Shown one piece after another: positions 53,767-64,000 of a stretch of DNA of 64,000 bases (position 1 is its first letter; each line of letters starts with the position of its first letter). The DNA is from Chiloscyllium plagiosum (lineage: Eukaryota). The DNA lies in the NCBI RefSeq assembly GCF_004010195.1, contig NC_057719.1, forward strand, positions 36,428,585 to 36,492,584, written 5' to 3'. Position numbers and translations under genes: made by a program. The notes beneath the pieces were generated by a model. It searched no databases. It was not told where the DNA came from and saw only the letters and a program-made list of their open reading frames with translations.

Positions 53767-54294
53767 AAACTCTGGTGCGGCCGCACTTTGGAGTATTGCG
53801 TGCAGTTCTGGTCACCGCATTACAGGAAGGATGTGGAAGCTTTGGAGAGGGTGCAGAGAAGATTTACCAGGATGTTGCCTGGAATGGAGTGGAAGTCGTA
53901 CGAGGATAGGTTGAGAGTTCTCGGCCTTTTCTCGTTGGAACGGCGAAGGATGAGGGGTGACTTGATGGAGGTTTATAAGATGATCAGAGGAATAGATAGA
54001 GTATACAGTCAGAAACTTTTTCCCCGGGTACAACAGAGTGTTACAAGGGGACATAAATTTAAGGTGAAGGGTGGAAGGTATAGGGGAGATGTCAGGGGTG
54101 GGTTCTTTACCCAGAGAGTGGTGGGGGCATGGAATGCGCTGCCCGTGGGAGTGGTAGAGTCGGAATCATTGGCGACCTTTAAGCGGCATTTGGATAGGTA
54201 CATGGATGGGTACTTAATCTAGGTTAGAAGTTCGGCACAACATCGTGGGCCGAAGGGCCTGTTCTGTGCTGTATTGTTCTATGTTCTATGTTCT
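53767..54294 (+). mobile_element. Tandem second copy of the CR1 3' end
   Basis: 529-bp offset; the antisense ORFs 53480-53674 and 54009-54203 are identical. Confidence 0.92.
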
Positions 54295-55173
54295 AACATC
54301 AAAAAGCAACCCACACAGGTTTATGTCTCATAGCAACAGTTAAACTCACAGCTATGTAACATCAGCAGCAGTGCAATGGCAACTGTAAGTGGTCATTAAT
54401 AGTCCACTTAAAGGCCTCAACTGACAGCATGGGGGTGGGTGTTGACCACCAGCCTTAGACCCTCAGATGGAAGCAGAAGGTAGTGTCCTCCATCCTCCCA
54501 TCTGATTAAACGCTTTTTCCAGTTCCAAACATGCCACTGAAGAGAGAAAATGATTCTATATGAATCATAGAGTCCCTACAGTGTGGAAGCAGGCCATTCA
54601 GCCCATGGAGTCTACGCTGACCCTCCAAAGAGCATCCCTCCCAGATAGATTTAATGGTTTGTCCAGTTATAAGTAACTTTTTGGAACAGTTTGCTTTAGC
54701 AGTGCTCCTCTCTAAGGGCTAACTTTCCTCCAATAGTCTAAATCTGGGGAACTTTAACTCCATCACAAGTAAGAGATTTTGATTTAGCAACATGAGTTAC
54801 TTATCATTTTGGTGTTGGTGTTGGGGCTAGGGTTTAGAGGAAAATAGGAAGAAGGCACAGAGAATGAAGCAACATCTACATGATGTGATTACAAGTTAAA
54901 ATCCCCCATAACATAAGCAACAAATGCTGACCCAGTTAATGACACTCACATCCCATGAACAAGCAAATGGATAAACAAGACACAGATCTTATGAACATTT
55001 CAGCAATAATTTTTGCCAATCATGAATATTGTTCTCAGAAACTATTGGAGAAAAGTTCTAATCAGCTTCTGCATTCAGACTTGCAGCCAAGACCATTTGC
55101 CTGAGTAGCATTGCACATGGCTGTAAATGAATGGCAGTACTTAATTTCAATGCCCGTATCTCCTTTTAAACAG

Positions 55174-55248
55174 CCATGGTTGTTGTACCACTGTAACATC
55201 ACCCTGATGCGATGTAGTCATAAATTTACCAGGCTTACAATACAATTT
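55174..55248 (+). pseudogene. Putative decayed exon of the BEGAIN-like gene
   Basis: Branch-like cttaat and tctccttttaaacag acceptor. Phase 0 translation PWLLYHCNITLMRCSHKFTRLTIQF resembles ELYRKDCNLAAQLLQCSQTYGRV. Followed by ttaaga instead of a GT donor. Confidence 0.45.
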
Positions 55249-55524
55249 TTAAGAATCTGGAGAATTCAAGCAATGTAGAAAAACATAAGCAGCACTGTCA
55301 TTGAGCTATACACTTAAACATGTTGCTAGTTTTCCAGTGTTCAGGACACAATAACACTGTACACATACCACTGTAATTTTCTAGTTAACTCGTCAATGGT
55401 TGTTAATAGAAAGACTATTCACTAAATGCTCAGATAGTGTGTGACTGATTCCTAAGAATCCTACAGTCTGTTATCAAGGCGGCACAATTGTGGTGTTACC
55501 TGACCATTTTTTGATTAACCACAG

Positions 55525-56856
55525 CTACCGGCAGAAGTTCAAGAAAGGGTTAGAATCCATGCAGAGAAATTTGGATGTGATATTCCTGGGACTGCATGTC
55601 ATTCATCTTTCTTCAACACTCAAGCTGACGTTTTACAGAAACTTGAACCAACTGGTTTATCAGGCTCTGCAATTCCTGTGTCACCCTCAAGAAAGGTTAC
55701 ATATGATCATTTGAACAGCATTAATAAACCTGACCAATGGTCACCTTGCAAGTCTAACTTATATCATAGTGATACAGCTCTTTACTGCCCTGCAGAACAG
55801 AGAGACAGATGGCAGGTTAGAAATGCTCATTTTTTAAAAACACGGAGCTTTACAGATAGCTGCACAGAAGCCGAGGGCTTTAGTCCAACTCTCACAAGTG
55901 AAATGCTTTCAAATTATACTGCATCAATACCAAGTTCCTCCAGCTATCTAAGCAGCACCATGACAGCTGAGAAGAAAAGAACCGCAGAAGCTAAATCAAC
56001 CTTGCCTCTAACCCAACAAGTTGTTTTGAAAGATGATATTCATGAAAGAAAATACAACACTTCGGAAAGGCAAGAAAACAAGAAATGTCATTTCATTCCA
56101 ACAAAACCACTACAACAATTCACAGACATGGCACTAGGTTATAAAGATAGCACACAACAATGCTCTGCCACTCCTCCAATAGACTTTAGTGATTCACCAC
56201 ATTTGTTTTGGTTCAGTACTAAGCATGTAACAATCCCAAAGCTATACAATGATCAAGAAGATGAGAACAACTTAGAAAAAGACAGAATGGGTCAACTTAA
56301 GAAAGCCAACACGCACTATACAAATACTTCTTCACACAGGATTTCTGGAAGGATTTTGAGTAGTGATGTTGAGCAGCAATGGAATAGTCATCTGATGAAG
56401 GAAACAACCAACAACATGAACCAGTTTTTCGTCAGAGAAAATTATTTCCCTGATGGTGAAGATATCAACAAAAGTACCTTTACAGATGTAGGCTTTGGTG
56501 CAATGAACTATCAACCTTGCTTAGAGATTGATCACAATAAACAAGAAAGCTCCTCCATGCTGAGATACACAGAGACAGAAGATGGACCTAAAATATTGCC
56601 AAGTGAAAGGAATACAAATAAAATGTACATCAAAAATACAAATACTGTTTCGGACATTAATAGAATTGTTGATGTTGCCTCAAACACTTTGGCTAAATCC
56701 TTATGCCAACGTCCCATTAAATTTTTAATGGTTCATAATGTTCCCTTGGATGATGTTGTTTCAAGTAGCAAACAAGAAAAACCCTTAAAGATAAGTGGCC
56801 TTTACAGGAAGGACAGCCTCATAAAGGCTCAACTTTATGGAAATCTACTAAACTAA
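55525..56856 (+). CDS. BEGAIN-like gene, terminal coding exon (443 codons plus TAA)
   Basis: ccacag acceptor, then LPAEVQERVRIHAEKFG (BEGAIN LPSDFQERVSLHMEKHG). In frame with the 55678-56856 ORF. Contains YHSDTALYCP and ends GLYRKDSLIKAQLYGNLLN* (BEGAIN ends RKDSLTKAQLYGTLLN). Confidence 0.93.
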   Translation, partial: LPAEVQERVRIHAEKFGCDIPGTACHSSFFNTQADVLQKLEPTGLSGSAIPVSPSRKVTYDHLNSINKPDQWSPCKSNLYHSDTALYCPAEQRDRWQVRNAHFLKTRSFTDSCTEAEGFSPTLTSEMLSNYTASIPSSSSYLSSTMTAEKKRTAEAKSTLPLTQQVVLKDDIHERKYNTSERQENKKCHFIPTKPLQQFTDMALGYKDSTQQCSATPPIDFSDSPHLFWFSTKHVTIPKLYNDQEDENNLEKDRMGQLKKANTHYTNTSSHRISGRILSSDVEQQWNSHLMKETTNNMNQFFVRENYFPDGEDINKSTFTDVGFGAMNYQPCLEIDHNKQESSSMLRYTETEDGPKILPSERNTNKMYIKNTNTVSDINRIVDVASNTLAKSLCQRPIKFLMVHNVPLDDVVSSSKQEKPLKISGLYRKDSLIKAQLYGNLLN

Positions 56857-57384
56857 TAATCCAAAGAAAAAATGAATCTCCTGAATGATTGTACAAATTT
56901 GCAAATGTACATGTTGTGAATATATATGTCATGGCTCTTGTATTTTAGCATATAATTTTGAGCTTTAGGAACTGAAATTTAACTGTGGAAACCAGGGTAA
57001 GTGTAATGGAAACACCATTACATTAAAAGCACCATGAACTCCAATCTTTTAAGTGGTTAACAACTGGAAATAGAGGGTCAGAAACAGCTGGCTGAACTGC
57101 AGACATGGTGTCTATTCTCCCTGCCGTGATAACTGGGCAAAGGAATTGTTTATCTTGCAAGTTAAAACTAAATTAGTTAAAAGTATTCAGTCAAATCTAA
57201 TTGTTGTAAAACTCATTTACTTACCAAATAATACATTATTAATGAGGGATATTAACCCAAACGTTAGGTTAAGGACAGCTCAGAGCAAGCTATATGATCA
57301 ACATATGAATTAGGACCAGAAGTAGGCCCTACGGGTCTGCGCAGCTACTCAAACGGAGTATTCCCTGGTCCCACTGAATCTTCA

Positions 57385-57935
57385 TAACCTCTGGTTGGTG
57401 CCATACCTGGCATAAAGAAAGATGTTTGTGGTTGTTGGAGGTCAGTTAACTCAGCTGCAGGGCATCTCTGCAGGAATCCCTCAGGTTTGTGTCTTAGGCC
57501 CAACTATTTCCAACTGCTTCAAAATAGACATCCTCAGCATTGTAAGCTCAAAATTGAAGATGTCTGCTGATGATTGCACAATATTCCGCACCGTTCACAA
57601 CTCCTCAGATATTGAAGCAGTCCATTCAGCAAAGGCATTTAACAAGGTTCCGCATGGTAGACTGGTTAGTAAGGTTACACCACATAGGATCCAGGGGAGC
57701 TAGCCAATTGGATACAAAATTGGCTTGAAGTTAGGAGACAGGGTGGTGGTAGAGGGTTGCATTTTGGACTGGAGACCTGTGACCACTACTGGATCCACTG
57801 CTTTTTGTCAGTTATTTAAAATATTTAAATGTGAGTACAGGCAATATGGTTAGTATGTTTGCAGATGACACTAAAATAGGTGGTGTAGTGTACAGTGAAG
57901 AAGATTATGTCAGAGTACAATGGTATCTTGATCAG
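57385..57935 (+). mobile_element. Two fused CR1-clade RT fragments
   Basis: GIPQVCVLGP..SADDCT joined to KAFNKVPHGRL..FADDTK. Confidence 0.75.
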
Positions 57936-58114
57936 AGCTTTTCAAGGAAGAAAGTTTAAAAGACTTTCAGATTTCTGTGAGAAAATAAATGTCTATATGG
58001 CCTCATGTCAATATTAAATGGGTTGACCCCTTATTTTCAAACTGTGATTTCTAGTTCTAGATTCTCTCATAATAGAAATCATCCTTTCCACATCCATCCT
58101 GTCAAGTCCTCTCA

Positions 58115-58692
58115 GGTTCTGGAGAAACTCAGAAGGTTTGGCAGGCTCTGTGGGGAGAAAGGAGAGTTAATGTTTCTAGTCCATTGACTCTTCATTTGAA
58201 CAGTTCTGGTGCCAGACTTGGAGCATTAAATCTGCTTTCTCCCCATAGATGCTGCCAGACCTGAGTTTCTGCAGCAATTTCTGTTTTTGTTTCATGAACA
58301 CCAACTAGCCACAAAACAACATGACCGTCTCTCACTAGTATCCTTACATACAGATAAGGAAGGACACCTCTTTGACTGGGACAACACATCCATCTTAGGA
58401 CAAGCCAAACACAGACACGCACAAGAATTCCTAGAAGCATGGCATTCCACTGGAACTCTATTAACAAGCACTTCGAGTTCGACCCCATCTGCCACTCCCT
58501 GAGAAAAAGAACAGGAAATGACATCACCACAGGAAATGACATCACAAACCCAAAGAAACCCAAACATATAAATAGAAAGCAGGAATCGTGGACAGTCCTT
58601 CGCCTGGAGGTCTACTGAAGATGTTTCCTAGTAGGGTGACAAAATGTCTGGAAATGAACTTTCCAGCTCAGCGAGCAAATCTACGTCCAAAA
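58115..58692 (+). mobile_element. Penelope-like element: inverted terminal pair, GIY-YIG C-terminus and 3' region with mutated hammerhead (58615-58650)
   Basis: HEHQLATKQHDRLSLVSLHTDKEGHLFDWDNTSILGQAKHRHAQEFLEAWHS; CTGAAGA-T-GTTTCC-TAGTAG-GGTGAC-AAAA-TGTC. Confidence 0.85.
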
Positions 58693-59115
58693 TAGACATT
58701 TTCATATTTCCTACATTCCATTTGCTTGATCTTTGCCCATTCATTTGACCTATCTATATCCCCTTGTAGCTTCCTTATGTTCTGTTCACAACTTACTTTC
58801 CTAACTATCTGTAAGTCATTAGCAAATTTGACAACTATACCTTGTGTTCCTTCATTCATGTAATTCACATAAATTGTAAACAGATAAGGCTCCAACACTG
58901 AGTCTTGCATCCAGCACACCTTGTCAGTCAGAAAGCAAGCCATTCATGACTGCTGTGTTTCTTAATAGCTAACCAATCTTCTATCATACCAGTATGTTAT
59001 GCCCCAAGCCATAAGATCTAATAACCTTTCATATGATGCCTTCTAAATCTAAATCTAAATGTAGTATATCCACTTTATTAATAGCACTGGTTACTTCCTC
59101 AAATAACTCCAATAA
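58693..59115 (-). mobile_element. Decayed CR1 RT fragment
   Basis: QDSVLEPYLFTIYVNYM..KFAND. Confidence 0.7.
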
Positions 59116-59664
59116 ATACAGGGTGTGTGGTGTTCAACCAGTTTCTCTATTAATTCATATTTACTGGATATTAATGCTGAATGTTAGCGTCTAAATTGTG
59201 CAAATGCAGTGTGTAAGATTTACATCCATTACCTTGTCTGTTCAGCAATATTTAGTCATTATTGCTTATGCTTGTTTTCAAATTTATATAATAGATTATT
59301 TTATGTATTTTAATTCACAACCCTGGAATCCTCTCAGTTATTTCTTGCCCCTGGTTCTCCCAAGTATTCTATTCTTTAAAGGATTATGGTATGTAAAGCC
59401 AGATCTATGTTATGTCTACCAAGCAGGTACATGAACAGTACTTTCATAAATGGGATCATAACATGTAACCATAATAGCCAAGTCACCTGATTTTGAGTCT
59501 GCAAAAATAACAAGCAATTCCTAGAGATTTTTATTGCACCAGACTGAATAAGTTGAATTCTTAAATTTCAAGATGAAAACCAAAACTTGTGCTTTTCTTA
59601 CTTATATATAATGAATAGTAAAGAAGTTTGCACTTTGTATATAAAGTAAAATAATATAAAGTGT

Positions 59665-60270
59665 TATAGAGCCATACAGCACAGGAACAGAATTTCGGCC
59701 CAATGCATTCATGTTGACCAGATTTCCTAAACTGAACTAGACCCATTTGGCTACCTTTGACTCATATCCATCTAAACCTTTCCTATCCAAGTACCATTCC
59801 AAATGTCTTTTAAATGCTGTAATTGTACTTGCATCTAACATTTCCTCTGGCGGCTCATTCAATATACGCACCACTTTCTGTGTGAAAACGTTGCCTCTCA
59901 GGTCCCTTTTAAATCCTTCCCCTCTCACCTCTCAACTATGTCCTATAGTTTTGGACTTCCCTACCCTGAGAAAAATACCTTGGCTATTCACCTTATCTAT
60001 GCCCTCACGATTTTATAAACCTCGATAAGGTCACCCCTCAGCCTCCTACACTCCAGGGAAAAGAACCTCAGCCTATAAAAACTCTTGATGAAGGGCTCTT
60101 GCCCGAATTGTCAATTCTCCTGCTCCTTGGATGCTGCCTGACCTGCTGTGATTTTCCTGCACCCCATTCTTGACTCTGATCTCCTATAAAAATTCAAACC
60201 CTCCAACGTTGGTAGCATCCTTGTAAATTTTTTTTGCACTCTTTCCAGTTTAATAATATCCTTCCTATTG
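59665..60270 (-). mobile_element. CR1 3' fragment carrying a Penelope-derived insertion (60082-60182)
   Basis: FKRDLRGNVFTQKVV; insertion flanked by a cctataaaaa TSD (60072-60081 and 60183-60192) with a mutated hammerhead motif. Confidence 0.85.
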
Positions 60271-63200
60271 CATTTACACAAAAATCATAACTTCCCAACT
60301 CCAAAACTTTAGGACAAAGGAAAAATATAGGAAAATTTAAATCAGCAAGCTTTTTGTGAGGCTACATTCAGAGATTAAGGAATACTCAACTAAAAGTAGA
60401 CAAACTTACATTATCCTGGATTCCTTCATTTCCACAGTCAAATAAACGGTACTGAGATGTGCCGTAAATAACTGAGAAGCTTGAAGCACAAACGCACCAA
60501 CCATTTTTCATCCTGAACCATCAATAAAAATTATTACTTGCTGAAATCTTAAAGATTAATCTGCATTGCTGCTTGTTCAATTTGGTTGTCATAACTTGAA
60601 TGGAATGAAATTACTTTTCTCGAGGCAGGTCTTCATCAGCTAAAGTAGAACAGAAATAAATACGTTTAAGTCTTTATTTTTTCATTACACAGTTGGGTGA
60701 AGAATTTATTCAAAAGTTGAGCTGTAAAGAATATCTAACATCTACATCTACATCTTCATGTAAGATCTTATGAAAATGAAATTCAAGCTTAAGGATTTCC
60801 CCTGGCTAAAGATGCTTTCTATGTTTTTCAACTCTCAGGTCAGCTGTTAAGTCTAGTAATCTGTTTTACTTACAATAGATGAAACTTCTAAGATCTGGAT
60901 ATAACTGACCTGCATGGATGTATTTAGTGACATTTGGAGGTTGTGAACATATCTGGTTGTTCTCATTTCCAGCCAGGCAGTAATGGGTTCTGTTTCAGGG
61001 GACTGTGCGTCAAGCTTTTGACAGAAGGAAACCAAGCTGATAGGTTTATCTCAGTTCCAGAGGGTTTTATGATTGTTATGTTACCAAGCAACTTCAACTT
61101 CAACATCCAAGTACTGGAATAACATCCGCAGACATCACTAATATACTATATGTAAAGTATTTTGAAGGTTCTTCATTACAAGATGTAATGGCAAACTAAA
61201 AAGAATCTTTAATTTGGTTACTGATGAATCCTTGTAATTTATGCTGCAAAATGTCAGCTACTCTAGATCTGAGCTCTCTTACATTCCTTTCCATTTCTCT
61301 ACCTGGCTTTTATTTACTATGTTCACTTAATAGATTTCTAAGTAACCCTCCCATTTATACTGAACATTCCCTCCCCTTATACAGTATATTGTCTATTGTT
61401 CTAAATGGTGTCACCATCATTTTCAAGCTGTAAAATAAAGATCCCAACATGGTGACTGGAGCCAGAGTGAGCATTTTTGTGGAACCTGAAAGGGCATCCT
61501 TCTCTTCCTGGTCTAGAAAGAAGCTATTTTGATGATCCTATTCAGTCAAACTACCAGTTGGCATGTCTGATTTTATATGTTATAATTAGTATTTTAAATG
61601 GATTTTACAGCCTAACTTGGTTTCTCTGGAATTATCTGGCTGTAACCTAGGAAACATTGCTATGGTCACAACAATGGTTGCAATGGGTCATTTTAGATCT
61701 TTTACTGTCATTTTCAGAGAAGTACCACTTAACTTTTAAATTTCCTGCCTAGAGGAAATGAAGTTCACGTTTTCTCTCAAGAATTCCACCCCAAATGTCT
61801 TGCAATTTTATAACTCCCTGCATTTCAAAGACCTCCTAAAATCCCAGCTTTTCAACAATGCCATTGATCTCTCACTTCCCGGTTCTTCTAACTTTCTTTC
61901 CTGCCCATTACCTTATCTCTCTCTCCCTTGTGGTTGCTTCATGTGAGGAGTACTATGCAAATTCTGTTGAAGTATAATAGTATTTATCTAATGTCATGAG
62001 TCCTAGTCAGAAAATGTACTCTTTAAGCTACTAAGAGCAATAACTATGTATTACTTAAAGTACAAACTGATCTCAAATTATTATTCACCCTCCCTTTCTT
62101 GTGTATTACTCTATGCATTAGCAACTATTCTTTACATGTAAAGTGCTTTGCAAGATAGCTTGCTTTTAGCTTAACTCACAAATAAACATTGATCCAAAAG
62201 TGCAGTGCTATTTAATTATTCCATTTAAAATATCAACGAAATAGTCAAGGGCTATAAATGGGAATCACCAGGTCATTTCATTTCATATTGCTACCAGATG
62301 CTTCAATAACATAACTAGATAAGTGAAGAGGATACTCATAGCACATAACTTCACTATGTTTTGTCAACTCAACATTATTTCACTTCCTTGAGGTTTTCAA
62401 TGCCTGGTTGTAACGACTTTTAGCAGCAGTATGTTGTTTGATAGGGGCCCAATGCAGTTTGGAGAGCACAGAGATAACAGGGGAACAGAACTTGCTGTGA
62501 CTTAAGGCTGGGGCAACAGAATTTTACAAGATCTCAAATTTGATGACAGTAGAATGTGGGATACTTCAAGCTCAGCGAGCTAACTTACATACTTGTCATC
62601 AACCTGAACTGCAAATCTTCTCAAAAATCACTAATATGGGATACATCTGCAAAGTGCAGAACTCAACTTCTACTTTTCACACAGTGTTCACTTCCCAAAC
62701 TAGACAGAATTTATTTGAAGAAATACTTTATTTTTATTACCATTTTCCTTTGAAATATCACACATTTAGATTGACTTTTGAAACAGCATAAAATCAAAAT
62801 GTAATCGCACAGCAGAAAGTAGTTGTGTTGATTGTATCTGCGCTGACATACGAAATAGCAATGTACTTAACTTTATACCTCCCTGTCATTTCCACACATC
62901 CTTTATAGAATTTGTGCCAAATGTAATTAATTTTTAAAATTCTCATACCATATTAAATAATTGTTTCAATTCATTGAAAGCAACAAATCAGAAGACTTTT
63001 CCATTTATAGGCAGTGTTATTTTAAAGTACTCAAACTAAACCAACACCGATCTTAAATTGATCCTGCCATTTATCAGGTTCCAACAAAATATTATTTCTG
63101 AATATATAGTGCAAAGTAATATCTGCAAATTGTGGAAGTTAGTTCAAGGGTGAAGTAACTAAATGGTATTAAAAGAAATACTGAACCTCATATGCTTAAT

Positions 63201-64000
63201 ACACACAAATAATAAAGAAAAAATGGAAGTATTTAAGGAAAATAAATAACTTGCTTTTATTTTCAGCAAATAATTCATAGTTTATTTGATTTTATTTTTA
63301 TATAGTCAGCTTCAACAATTAACAGTCATACTTTTCACAGAACAATAATTGAATCTGGTTATCTTGATTTTCAGATCAGACCAACAGGCATGTGGTTGAC
63401 CTTTCTGCTCTTCAATTTGTTTAATCAACGTTTAGCTGTAAGTTCTGGTTAGCATTTCCAGAGAGTGTTGTGCAAGCTAATCAAAATAGCACAAAAATGG
63501 ATTCACAAGTATTGACTATTTTAAAATATTATCCTATTGGAACCTGATAAATTGTGATAATGATATTGGAAACAGGATGATTGCATGTTGACTGTTATAA
63601 ATACATGTGGCATCATTCTTTTGATGTTATTGATACAATCATAGGATTCACTACAAAATCAAATATACACAAATCAGACAACTTGTTTAATACTGTAATC
63701 TGAAAGGTCATAGCTTGATTTACTTCTTCAGTGCTTTTTGAAACATTAAATAATCACTAAATGATAGTGATACTCCACAACATGCCCACAATTTATGTGT
63801 AAAGAACAATGTAGATATTTCAGATGTCTAATACCTTCCTTACAGCTACAAGAGGCTGGACATATTGGCCACAATGCATAAGTGCATTAATTGCACTAAT
63901 CTAGTGTGCAGAGACCTGAGCATTGTCTGATACTCATACCTGTTGTTAACCCAATAAATATTGCTGAATTAATCAGCAGATAAAGGGAAATGAAGACTGC

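Noticed and set aside
54765..54805. VRDFDLAT resemblance to the missing BEGAIN exon
   Set aside because: Very short, immediate stop and no splice sites; 55174 is the better candidate.
57022..57027. ATTAAA as the poly(A) signal of the BEGAIN-like gene
   Set aside because: Common hexamer in AT-rich DNA; cannot be assigned without transcripts.
60853..61040. Possible minus-strand exon with a gtaagt donor
   Set aside because: No recognisable protein and no partner exons found.

Overview
Eukaryotic, repeat-rich vertebrate DNA, most likely a shark (HE1/V-type SINEs, HER1/CR1 LINEs); it has two N gaps. The one recognisable host gene is a + strand BEGAIN-like gene (BEGAIN/TJAP1 family). Its coding exons are 19056-19190, 32393-32459, 47074-47181 and a large intact terminal exon 55525-56856, about 546 aa visible; the first exon was not found. 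It is strongly diverged from BEGAIN as I recall it and lacks a functional copy of the conserved 'ELYRKDCNLAAQLLQC' exon; a probable decayed relic lies at 55174-55248. The rest is transposon-derived: many CR1 LINEs, a Rex1/Babar LINE, Gypsy LTR elements, a Harbinger Myb-like remnant, SINEs, a minisatellite, and Penelope-like fragments carrying minimal hammerhead-ribozyme motifs, some in fold-back inverted structures. All homology calls come from reading the sequence against remembered family features; no searches were run.
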